Part shown: positions 1 through 11,960 of the stretch, one piece after another
How positions within the stretch are numbered: position 1 is the first letter of the stretch
How the letters are laid out: each line of letters begins with the position of its first letter
Program-made: the position numbers and the translations under genes
Notes under the pieces: generated by a model
The model's database searches: none
The model's input: the letters and a program-made list of their open reading frames with translations, nothing else
Told to the model about the DNA's origin: nothing
Source: Sphagnum compactum
Taxonomy: Eukaryota
Length of the DNA stretch: 64,000 bases
Direction: 5' to 3'
Assembly (NCBI GenBank): GCA_965153455.1
Contig: OZ234493.1
Span: 13,754,213 to 13,818,212, forward strand

Positions 1-891
1 ATTGACTTGTTTTGCACATCTCTCTTTCTTGGGTTTTTTGAAGTTACATGTTGAAATTTGATATTAGTTTATGAGCTTCCTTGCTGAATACGAATAATTT
101 TGCTTGTTTTTTTGTTGCATCATTTAAATCAACCAATATGGAATGAAATGATATCAAAACAAACTCTTACATTTGGGATTCATTTTGCTATAACAAGTAA
201 AATTAGTGGAAGGAAAATTTGTCAATTGGCATTGACTATGTTCATATATAAAATTTGTAAGGATTGCAACTTTCAATGTAGATTGTGAGTAACTCCAAAG
301 TGGTTTAAATCCAACAACATAATTATTAAAGAATTCTCTTGGACATAATTCTTGTGATTGTGTCCGAATTTTTTAAGAATTGAAACCCTTGCTGGCCATA
401 ATTTGTGGAAAAAGTAGTGAAATGAAAATGAATTAGATTAATTAGGTGGTTTAATTAAAGAACCCAAAATTTGAAGATTTCAATTTTTAACATCACTCCT
501 TGAATTTATTGGCTAATATTCCATCATACCATTATGTTATGATATTCAATTATAGAATTATATTTTGAAACTTACTTTGCATGTAAATGATCTTCTTTTG
601 TGATTCAGTTGACTTTTTGAAAGAAAATTAACAACCCTAAAAAAATTGCAAATATGGGAATGGAATCAAAATTTAAATTTAAATGATGTTGCAAAATGAA
701 TATAGTATTGTTTAATTCATAGATTATTGTCTTGTTCCACTTTACATTTTCAATGAACTATATGTATTTTGTCAAATATTGTGATCGTACACTTCAGGAG
801 TTTTGCATTTCTTTGATTTTATGTAGAATCAAATTATTTTCAAGACTTATTTGATGAATCTTGTTGACATTTATTTTTTTGTCTTTTGCAG

Positions 892-3800
892 AAATATCCG
901 GTGCATGATTTAAGTCCTAATTGCACTTCAAAGAACCTGAATTTGACCATCATTTTTTTCCATGGGATTGTTAAAGGGATTGATGATGATTGGAAGCAAA
1001 CATGGACAACACACCCCATCAATGGTAAAGAAGAATGCATATGTTGGCCACAAATTTGGATCCCAAAGGACTTGAATGACAATGTCAAAATTTTGTTGCT
1101 ATCATATGATTCTAATGTTGTGGCAAGTGTCCATAATGATGTGACTGAAATTGGTCGAAACCTCATTCAAAGCTTGGTTACAAATTCAAGGTGTGACAAT
1201 TTCCTTATGTATTGGCACTTTATTTTTCATTGTGTGTTTCAATTAAAGATAATTGACTGAGTTTTGACATCTTTCAATAAATTGTTCATGTGGAACATTA
1301 TTGTGGTACATTATCTTGAACAATTTGGAACTTTCAAATCCATTGAAGAGAACATGAAATGGGGCTTTGGTGTTAATTCTCATGTTGAGATGAATTCTTA
1401 ACAAAGTTTATGTTCACATTATCAAGTTGTGGGAATCCAATTTGGTTGTAGTGACAATTTGTTACGAAAGTTTTTGAAGTTTCATCTTTGGCACTCGAAC
1501 TAAATTTAATTACCTATATAATTTATTGAATTTGAATCCAATTTGTACCTATATTTAATCTCATATATATATATATATATATCTTACTTCCAATTTCCTA
1601 CATTCTATTATTTGAGTTAAATTGTCAATGTAACACATAAAAACTTATCTATACATTAACACTTGGAAGTGAATGCCTACATGCTTTTGCATAATAACTT
1701 ATTTACCCACATGTGATTCAAACATTTTATATGTAAATTTTTGAAAGAAAATGTAAAATGAAAAATAACTTGCAAACAAATATGTTATGGACTTATGGCT
1801 TAGGTTGTTGTGGTAATTGACAATTTGCACCAAATACAATATATGATTTTGTGACTATTTATACATGTACAGTACCATTAAAAATGTTTTGATGCATTTT
1901 TGGTGCATTTTGAAATATTTTGTAGGTATGAAACGCTTTGGGACAAACCAATAGCAATGGTCGCTTATAGTTTCGGAGGTCTTGTCCTCAAGAGCTTGGT
2001 GGTTGAAATGCACAAACGTGTGCATCAAAAGCAAACGAATAGTTTAGATGTTATAGTACAAAATTGTTGTGAGAAATTTTTGAAAAATCTTAAAGGTGTG
2101 GTGTTTTATAGTGTACCACATGCCGGTGGTACCCAAGATCTATCAAATTATTTCAAGTGGCAAGGTGAACAAATCGACAAGGATACAACCTCGTCAAGTC
2201 TTTTGGAAAATATGGAATCTTTCAACCTAAAAATGGAACACCTTTCAATAGACTTTCACAAATCTATTTGCAAAGACATCAACATCTATGCATTTGCTGA
2301 AGGATTACCTATTGACAATAAATGGGTAAGATTTTGATCTAAATATATTGACTCTCCAACTAGGTTCCATAGTTGAACATTTTTATGTTATATAAACTTG
2401 TGTTGCTTTAAGTTTTGAAACTACTAGCATTAGTTGTGAAATTGGTTTTAAGTTTTCCCTTCTTTGTCCACGAATCCATTGTAACATGTATTCATAGTAC
2501 AAATTGCAAATTCATTGTGAATATAATGTCAATTGAAAGAAACACCTTTGTAGTTTTATTTTAAATTCATTTGTAATAGGATTAAATGAGGTTATGTTAC
2601 AAATTTATTTGATTTCTATAGTTTGAACACAAAATTTAAGTTATTGTTCCAATCATCATTTGGTTGCTACATTACATTTGACATTGTATATTAGGATAAA
2701 TCCAATCACACCAAGGAGTTCCAACTAAAAGAACATTTGTACATGTATAGGGAATTTTAGTGCCAACAACTTCAGCTATTCGATTGTCAAACAATAACTA
2801 TTACAAAGTCCCAGATGCTAATCACTTAACAATTTGCAAGCCACCATCAAAGGACCATCCAAGCTATTCCAAATTATTAGAATGTTTGAAAATTTTTATG
2901 AAGGTAAATAACATTGGTTTTATTTTTTGGAATTATGTATGTTCATCTAATTTGACTACAAACAATACATCATTTCACTTAAATTGCATGCCATATTTTT
3001 TTAGGGTATTATCCATTATTTGATTTTTAATTTTTTGGGTGAACTTTGACAGGAAAAAAATACACCACCTATGCCACCTTTGCCATGCTATGAGGTGGCG
3101 TTGGAAGGTAAAGCAAAGGCCATAAATAGTTTGTTACAAAAGGAATCTATTGTTGCATTGATTGGAATGGGTGGGATTGGGAAGACCACTTTGAGTAAAA
3201 AAGTGTATCATTTGTTCCACAACCAATATGAAAAATCTAGCTTCTTAGAAGATGTGAAATCAAAAGACATCAATGATGTCCAAAAAAAACTTCTACAAGA
3301 TTTATGTGATATAAATTCACACAAGTATGAAAATGTTGATAAATACCTCGATAGAATCAAGGAATGCATGATATCAAAGAAAGTTTTGGTGGTTGTGGAT
3401 GATGTTGGTACGATGAATAACCTTGGAACCTTGCAACTTCCTATTGACAAGCATGCCACTCATGTAGATTGCAAGAGCAAAATACTTATAAATTGTCGAA
3501 ATTGGCAAATATTGAAAAATCATGTAAGGGAATCCGCAAAAGTAGACATGGCATTCTTGGAAGAAGAACAAGCAAGGGAACTTTTCATGTTCCATGCATT
3601 CAAACATGCAAATTGTGTGATAAATGATTTCAAAAACATTTCTATGGAGATTATAGAAGCTTGTGGGGGCCTCCCTTTAAGCCTTGAAATATTGGGTTGT
3701 TATTTGTATGATATTCGTGATTTGGAAATATGGAAAGATGCATTGTGCGAATTGAAAGGTGGACGAAATATAACAGGGGGCTCTGACAATGAAATGCTTT

Positions 3801-5686
3801 GGAAAACTTTGCGAATTTCTTATGACCACTTGGATAAAAAACATCAAGAAATGTTTTTGGATATTGCTTGTTTTTTCATTGGTTTCAAGAAAAGTACGTT
3901 TTGTCGAGTGTATTGGAATGGAGATGATTCACCGAGCCCTATGTATATATTAAAAAACTTGGAAGATAGATCTTTAATCAAATGGGTAGAAGATGGCGGC
4001 TTGTACATGCATGAACAATTGCGAGACATGGGTCGAAATATTGCAACGGAAGTTACAATGAATCGATTTATATGGAAACCAAATATATCTTTGCAAAATA
4101 ATCAGGTTTGAGCAACATGCTAATGCAATCCTATGGTATTTTTTTTGTCAAAATTCCAAATGAACTATAAATCTTAGTTTTATTTAAGGAGATGTAATTT
4201 TTTTCATTAAAAACATAGCATTAGAATGAAATTTTATTTTTATTGATGTTGACAATTGTTTGTAATTGGTTTGATGTGATAGGTGGTGAAAAATCTAGAA
4301 GGCATTTCTTTTGAAAAATGTGAAGTTTTGCCTTCATTTTTTCAAAATGGCTCAAAGGAATTTCACAACCTTAGGTTACTTGACCTCACAAAAGCTTCAC
4401 CAAATACGGTGGAAATTTTCATCCAAGGTCAAGATTTGAATAACCTTCGATGGTTGTGTCTCCAAGAATGCATGATCCAAAAGTTGCCAAGTAATTTGTT
4501 TAATTGTTGTCACTTACTAGTACTCCATTTAACGGAATGTAAGTTTTTGGTTTTTGATATTTCCAACCATGACTTTAATATGTCAATATGTGATAAAATG
4601 AAAGAATTATCTACATCTATTGGCAAATTGAATGCACTCTTAGAGCTTAGTTTGTCGGGGTGTTCAAGCTTACAAGAATTACCGACATCTATTGGCCAAT
4701 TGAATGCATTCCAAAACCTTAATTTGTCATTGTGTTCCAGCTTGCAAGAATTACCTACATCTATTGGCCAATTGAATGCACTCCAAAACCTTCATTTGTC
4801 ATGGTGTTTTAGCTTGCAAGAAATACCTTCATTTATTGGCCAATTAAGTGCACTCCAAAACCTTCATTTGTTAAGGTGTTCGAAGTTGCAAAAATTACCT
4901 ACATCTATTGGCCAATTGAATGCACTCCAATACCTTAATTTGTCATGGTGTTCCAGCTTGCTAGAATTACCTACATCTATTGGCCAATTGAGTGCACTCC
5001 AAAACCTTGATTTGAATAATTGTTTAAGCTTGCAAAAATTACCTACATCTATTGGCCAATTGAATGCACTCCAATACCTTAACTTGTCATGGTGTTCCAG
5101 CTTGCAAGAATTACCTACATCTATTGGCCAATTGAATGCACTCCAATACCTTAATTTGTCATTGTGTTCCAGCTTGCTAGAATTACCTACATCTATTGGC
5201 CAATTGAGTGCACTCCAAAAGTTTGATTTGTCAGAATGTTTGAGCTTCCAAGAATTACCTACATCTATTGGCCAATTGAGTGCACTCCAAAAGTTTGATT
5301 TGTCAGAATGTTCGAGCTTGCAAGAATTACCTACATCTATTGGCCAATTGAATGCACTCCAAACCTTTGAATTGAATGAATGTTCAAGGTTGCAAGAATT
5401 ACCTACATCTATTGGCCAATTGAATGCACTCCAATACCTTAATTTGTCATGGTGTTCCAGCTTGCAAGAATTACCTACATCTATTGGCCAATTGAGTGCA
5501 CTCCAAAAGTTTGATTTGTTAGGGTGTTCGAGCTTGCAAGAATTACCTACATCTATTGGCCAATTGAGTGCACTCCAAAAGTTTGATTTGTCAGAATGTT
5601 TGAACTTGCAAGAATTACCTACATCTATTGGCCAATTGAGTGCACTCCAAAAGTTTGATTTGTCAGAATGTTCGAGCTTCCAATAA
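892..5686 (+). CDS. Alpha/beta-hydrolase-NB-ARC-LRR immune receptor (HNL-type NLR), gene 1; 5' start not located
   Basis: In-frame exons 892-1190, 1926-2325, 2751-2903, 3053-4105, 4283-5686 with GT/AG boundaries (about 1102 codons). Hydrolase motifs FFHG, CWPQIWIP, AYSFGG, NHLTICKP. NB-ARC P-loop GMGGIGKTT, kinase-2 VLVVVDDV, GLPL, MHE. About 15 LRRs of 24 aa precede the TAA at 5684-5686. No ATG follows the acceptor at 890-891, so an upstream exon is needed. Confidence 0.9.
1564..1581. repeat. (AT)n microsatellite in an intron of gene 1
   Basis: Run of about 9 AT units. Confidence 0.8.
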
Positions 5687-7390
5687 TTACCTACATCTAT
5701 TGGCCAATTGAGTGCACTCCAAAAGTTTGATTTGTCAGGGTGTTCGAGCTTGCAAGAATTACCTACATCTATTGGCCAATTGAATGCACTCCAAACCTTT
5801 GAATTGAATGAATGTTCGAGCTTGCAAGAATTACTTACATCTATTGGCCAATTGAGTGCACTCCAAAAGTTTGATTTGTCAGAATGTTCGAGCTTGCAAG
5901 AATTACCTACATCTATTGGCCAATTAAGTGCACTCAAAACCCTTGATTTGAACAATTGTTTAAGCTTGCAAGAATTACCTACATCTATTGGCCAATTGAG
6001 TGCACTCCAAAAGTTTGATTTGTCAGAATGTTTGAGCTTGCAAGAATTACCTACATCTATTGGCCAATTGAGTGCACTCCAAAAGTTTGATTTGTCAGAA
6101 TGTTTGAGCTTGCAAGAATTACCTACATCTATTGGCCAATTGAGTGCACTCCAAAAGTTTGATTTGTCAGAATGTTTGAGCTTGCAAGAATTACTACGTC
6201 TATTGGCCAATTAAGTGCACTCAAAACCTTTGATTTGAACAATTGTTTAAGCTTGCAAGAATTACCTACATCTATTGGCCAACTGAATGCACTCCAAAAC
6301 CTTAATTTGTCATGGTGTTCCAGCTTGCAAGAATTACCTACATCTATTGGCCAATTGAGTGCACTCCAAAAGTTTGATTTGTCAGAATGTTTGAGCTTGC
6401 AAGAATTATCTACATCTATTGGCCAATTGAGTGCACTCCAATACCTTCATTTGAACGATTGTTCGAGCTTATAAGAAATATCTACATCTATTGGCCAATT
6501 GAATGCACTCCAATACCTTAATTTGTCAAGGTGTTCGAGCTTGCAATAATTACCTACATCTATTGGCCAATTGAGTGCACTCCAAAAGTTTGATTTGTCA
6601 GAATGTTTGAGCTTGTAAGAATTACCTACATCTATTGGCCAATTAAGTGCACTCAAAACCCTTGATTTGAACAATTGTTTAAGCTTGCAAGAATTACCTA
6701 CATCTATTGGCCAATTGAGTGCACTCCAAAAGTTTGATTTGTCAGGGTGTTTGAGCTTGCAAGAATTACCTACATCTATTGGCCAATTGAGTGCACTCCA
6801 AAAGTTTGATTTGTCGGAATGTTTGAGCTTGCAAGAATTACCTACATCTATTGGCCAATTGAGTGCACTCCAATACCTTCATTTGAACGATTGTTCGAGC
6901 TTATAAGAAATATCTGCATCTATTGGCCAATTGAATGCACTCCAATACCTTAATTTGTCAAGGTGTTCAAGCTTGTAAAAATTACCTACATCTATTAGCC
7001 AATTGAGTGCAATCCAAAATCTTAATTTGTCAAGGTGTTCAAGTTTGCAAGAATTACCTACATCTATTCGCCAATTGAGTGCACTTCAAAACTTTGATTT
7101 GTCAAGGTGTTCGAGCTTGCAAGAATGACCTACATTTATTGAACAATTGAATGCACTCTAAAATCTTGATTTGAACGATTATTCAAGCTTACAAGAAATG
7201 CCTACATGTATTGGCCAATTGAATGCACTCAAAAACCTTAATTTGTCGAGGGGTTTAAGCTTGCAAAAATTACCTATGTGTATTGGTCGATTCAATGCAT
7301 TTCAAGCTTTCATTTTGTTGAGGTGTTTGGCTTGCAAAAATTACCTACATCTATTGAGGAATTGAATGCATTTCAAAAGCTTAAGTTGTT
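4610..7390 (+). repeat. Tandem 72-bp LRR-coding array (about 38 units)
   Basis: Near-invariant core ttgcaagaattacctacatctattggccaattga(a/g)tgcactccaa repeated every 72 bp. Confidence 0.95.
5687..7390 (+). pseudogene. Out-of-frame/decayed LRR units downstream of the gene 1 stop
   Basis: 1-bp deletion near 6194 (ttactacgtc vs ttacctacatc); stops at 6472, 6547, 6616, 6904, 6976 and later; divergence increases 3'-ward. Confidence 0.9.
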
Positions 7391-8859
7391 TATTAAATGT
7401 AGATTATAATGTGTAGGATTTTAAGCAAAACTAGAATTATATATTGCGTCAATAAGATTTCATTCATTTTGAATTTTTGTACAGATCACATAAAAATGAT
7501 TTGGGTTTGAAAACAAAAATATGTTATAAAAACATGAATATCTAATTGATTCATTATTGCATTTTTATATTGTAAATGCAAATCAATAAATTTATAAAGA
7601 TTTAAAACCCTTGCATGACAACATTTTTTATTAATTTTGAAAATCTAATTTATTTTTGTCAAATGATTAAAAATATATTTAGCCCAAGTACATATGTAAT
7701 GGAAGAACATTTTACAACCTCAAAAATTCATAATCATCAACATTATCATAACATAATGTAATAATGGACAAAATTTTAATTCATATGATTGATTTCCATG
7801 ATTCAAGAAATTTGGAAAGCTTTGATGGGGAAGATTGTTTTTAATGGTTGCCTTTATATTGGTAAAATTTCATAGACAAATTTTCATTAAATTTGGTACT
7901 TGACAATTAATTTATTATAATAATGATGAATCTTAAAGGCCTTACAAATCAAAATATTTTTTTTGAACAATTAAATCATTAATATGTGCACCAATTCCAC
8001 AACATAATGACAAGTTAGGATATAAACCATCACCTATTGCAACTTTTCAAGGTTCGTTCACATTGAAAGTTCCAAAAAGAATGTTTAACTTTTCAAGGAT
8101 TTCAAAGCCTAACTCTGAGTTTTTATTTTATCAAAATGATAACAATTGCAATGTATTTTTGTATGTTAATAAATAAAATGATGTCTTATTATAGTAATAA
8201 TTTTTTAAATTTATTTTGGACATTATGTAAGTGTCTTTCTAAAATCTTTAAACTAAATATATTAATTGTTTTAAACTTCATTTTTTGAGTAATCAAAAGG
8301 AATGTAAAAAATCATGCAAATTGATTTCAAATTTTTTGTACAAAAAAAACATGTTTTGTTTAAAGCAAGTATGTGTTCATTGGGTGAACTTCATGAAAAA
8401 AATATCATATCAAAATTTCAAAGGCTTGGAATTTTGTACCAAATGGTTGCAAAGGAGAATACTCATTAGTTTATACTAATTTGCTAGTTGTTTATGTCCA
8501 TTAAGCAAAATTTTTAGTTTGAAATATAGGTCATATGTGTACTTGTAAACCAAACTGTTGATACACAATTATGTATGCGTGTGAAAAATCACTAGCACCA
8601 CATGAATTATGTTATCTTGGGTTATTCAATTTTGCTTACTTAATTTTGTTCCATGTAAATGTTAGTTTTAACAATAGCCTTAAAAAATGTTGGATTTTTA
8701 TTCATTTTTTTGGAACTCAAATTGTGAATGAACCCTTCATAAAAACATGTAACCTAAATATCCACCATCATGCATCAAATGTGGACAAGTGTTCAAAATA
8801 ATCAAATTGTGATAGTATTTTGTCTACATTGTATACGTAGCTTGCATTCGCCTTGTCCA

Positions 8860-9080
8860 ATTGTTTGAACTTGTAATAACTACCTACATCTATTGACCAA
8901 TTTAATGCATTCCAAGAGTTTCATTTATGGGGGTGTTTAAGCTTGCAAGAATATATGTATGTCTATTGACCATTCTAATGCATTCCAAAAGTTCATTTAA
9001 TATGGGGGTGTTCAAATGTGCAAGAATTAGTCGTACATCTATTGGTTGCTTGAATGTAACCCAAAAGCTTCATTTGTTGG
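8860..9080 (+). pseudogene. Detached, highly degenerate LRR units of the gene 1 family (about 3 units)
   Basis: tacctacatctattgaccaatttaatgcattccaa and gtgtttaagcttgcaagaa match the 72-bp unit. Confidence 0.75.
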
Positions 9081-11639
9081 TACATGCATTCAAAGTGTAC
9101 CAAAAATAACACATTAGAACTTCCCAAAAAATTCTACACACAAAGGCCTATTGGGGATGTCATGTCAGAAAATATTAATCATGTGATCCAAACAATGCAA
9201 TTGGCATATGGCCATTTGGTAAATATTAATTTTACAAAACTTTTATACTATAGTATTTTTACAACAAAAAATATATATCTCAAAATGTACACTCTAAATT
9301 TGATAAAGATAAACATATAGTAACTTATATATTTTATTATTGCAACAATGATAATGTACTTCCTACACATAGTTTTTTCATGATTCAAAAGAAAACCACT
9401 ATTCATGGACAAGTCACCTCCACAAGCCAAACAATGTAGGTGGTTAATGCAAATGGATTTGACTTTTAGTCACAAATTTGTTTTGGACTCATTCCATTCA
9501 CATGACCTAAACTTTGAAAGAAACCACCACCCTTCTTCCTTATAAATACATTTTTTGATTGGTGGTGAAGGTTGCATCAAAACAGTTAAAATCCTTGCAA
9601 CTCCCAAGTGAAATTCCTAAATTCCCTAATTATGAATCCCATGATTTTGTGGGGTCATAAAATTTCCATATGAATTTTGATCCAAAAATTTCACATTACA
9701 AAGTTGTATTTTCAACAAGATCTCTCAAATGCCATGTTGCACACCTCAATCAAAGGTCATTTGATCCATGTTCCTAGATTTTAATGGTCAAGAATCAAAA
9801 TTTGAATTTGATTCATGACCTTTCTTTTGGCCATAGCTTTCAACTCAAAATTCCAAATGTTGCAAAGTGCGAATCGACTTTTGATATTTACACTTCAAGA
9901 CCTTTATAATAATGTATTGGGGACTAAATTTACTATTTACATTTTTGTCCCAAAAATTCAAAACACTTCGAAACTCCAACTTTCAAAATGATTTTTATTT
10001 AAAAATCTTTGGGGCTCACTTGCATCCCACACTTGTGCAAGTGTGAATGAATCCTAGGATGTTTTCCTAGCTTGTACCATTTTTCATGCCATAGCCTTGG
10101 TTTTGAACCCATTTAATATATTCTTATGAAATTATCACATTGTCCTAGTCCCATTTTAAATATTTTCTAAGTGCAAGGAGCTTAGGAACATCCCCCCAAG
10201 CTTTCTTTATTTTTCCTCTTTTTTGAGGATTACCATCAACTTAAAGGTTTATACCCAATACCTTAAAATGAACTTAAGGGGGTGACAAGTTGCAATGTTT
10301 TCAATTTATTTTTTCTTTCGCATGACATAAAGGGGGGAAAGTTGGGAGAAGGGGGAAGTTTTCATAGGCATGAAATTTTCTTTGGTTTGACATAGGGGAT
10401 CAAATAACTAGATTTTGATTTTTTTTGAAACCCAACTATATTATTACATTATTGTTTAAATGATAAACTTGGTTATCAATTTCCCTAGTTATTTTGTTGA
10501 TAACACGTGTATGTTATGCATAAGGGTTGGCTTTGAAATGCCCAACTTAATGACCGCTTGGCATATTATCAAGGTAGATTTTTGTATGCAAAACTTAACC
10601 CCCAAAATAAAAATCTTCATTCTTGATGTAGTTTTTATAATTGGCAATAACGTTGATCAAAATTTGAAAGAACAACCAAAAGTGAAATTAAGATTGGAAA
10701 GATGTAACCAAACAAAAAGTGACAATTGAAAAAACTTGGGACAAAACATGGAAGGGTACAAATCAATTTTTGGTTTTAATTTGAGTAATGAATGGGTTAG
10801 ACATAACAACATAAGGTGTACAAATTGAAATGACTCATGGAATTGGCATTTGATGACACATCTTTGATCATCTTGGAATTTTATTAATAGTGAGATGATT
10901 ATTTCACATATAGGTTTTGGAATGCACCTTGTATTATATGCCTGCAATATTTGATTCATTTAAAGTTTCAATTTAGTCATATTGGTATATCTAAACAACC
11001 TCTATCCATTTCAATTTATGTTACATCTAATGGTACATTTGTTGATTGGGTTGAAGGGACTCAATCGATTATTCATAAGGACACATTATTAACATTTTTA
11101 CCATTGGCTCCTCTTTGGAGGCAACCATTTTTGTGTTGAGGAATAATCTTTGAAATCCCAATAACTTTGCACATGGCACCAAGGACCTTAACCTTTTCAT
11201 AACTATTTCTTTTGCTTAGGGTTTTTTAAATGGCAGAAAAAATATATAATATGATGCATTACATGCACCACACATACGTATCTAACTTGTTTGACTTGAA
11301 ATGTCAAATTTAAACCCAGAGACCCTAATTCAATCTTGGGAGGACACTAGTAGAAAATGGCCCTTTTGATTGGTGTTTGCAACTATGTTTTAGTCGCAAG
11401 CGACAAATACGATTAACAAACTTTTAGTCGCGTTGGACAAGTCGCATACGTCAATAGTCGCATGCAACATTGGATTATGGATGTAAAGAAAAGGTCAACC
11501 AAATACGATGGTTTTGAATCCAATTCTATATTCAAATTTAAGCTCAAAATGTTTAATGGAAATAAACTCATCAACAAACAACCTTATCTAGGTACCCAAA
11601 CTCCAACTCCAAATTGTTCAAAGTTTAACTTGTTAAACA

Positions 11640-11960
11640 TTTGATCAAACATGTGAAGGATATATAAGGATTGGAAAAAAATGTGTCAACTCCTAACCTA
11701 AATGTCCATATATCCTTTCTAAGATATAACTAGGAAATTCCATGTTGTAGAATATCCTTCATTGTCATTCAATCCTTGGATTTTGTAAATTGTGTAGAAT
11801 TGTAACTATTAAAAACTTCATCAAACATGTAAATGCTACCTAATTAAGATTGGAAAAAATGTGTCAACTCCTAACCTCAATGTCCAAGTTGCCTTGCCAA
11901 TATATAACCAGGAAATTCCATGATGCACAACATTTCCATTGTCATCAATCCTTGGATACC
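11640..11960. repeat. Two-copy tandem duplication (about 177-bp spacing) inside the CACTA element
   Basis: ggaaaaaatgtgtcaactcctaacc...ggaaattccatg...caatccttggat occurs twice. Confidence 0.8.

Noticed and set aside
4864-6210. 448-aa antisense ORF over the gene 1 LRR array
   Set aside because: A by-product of a 72-bp repeat that lacks stops in that antisense frame; no independent start context or domain.
4610-7390. CRISPR-like appearance (constant repeat with attggccaat palindrome plus variable segment)
   Set aside because: Units are in-frame LRR codons, the variable parts recur, the context is eukaryotic and no cas genes are present.
9480-10290. Possible degenerate LTR ending ggggtgaca
   Set aside because: No matching second LTR, start or TSD could be found in the window.
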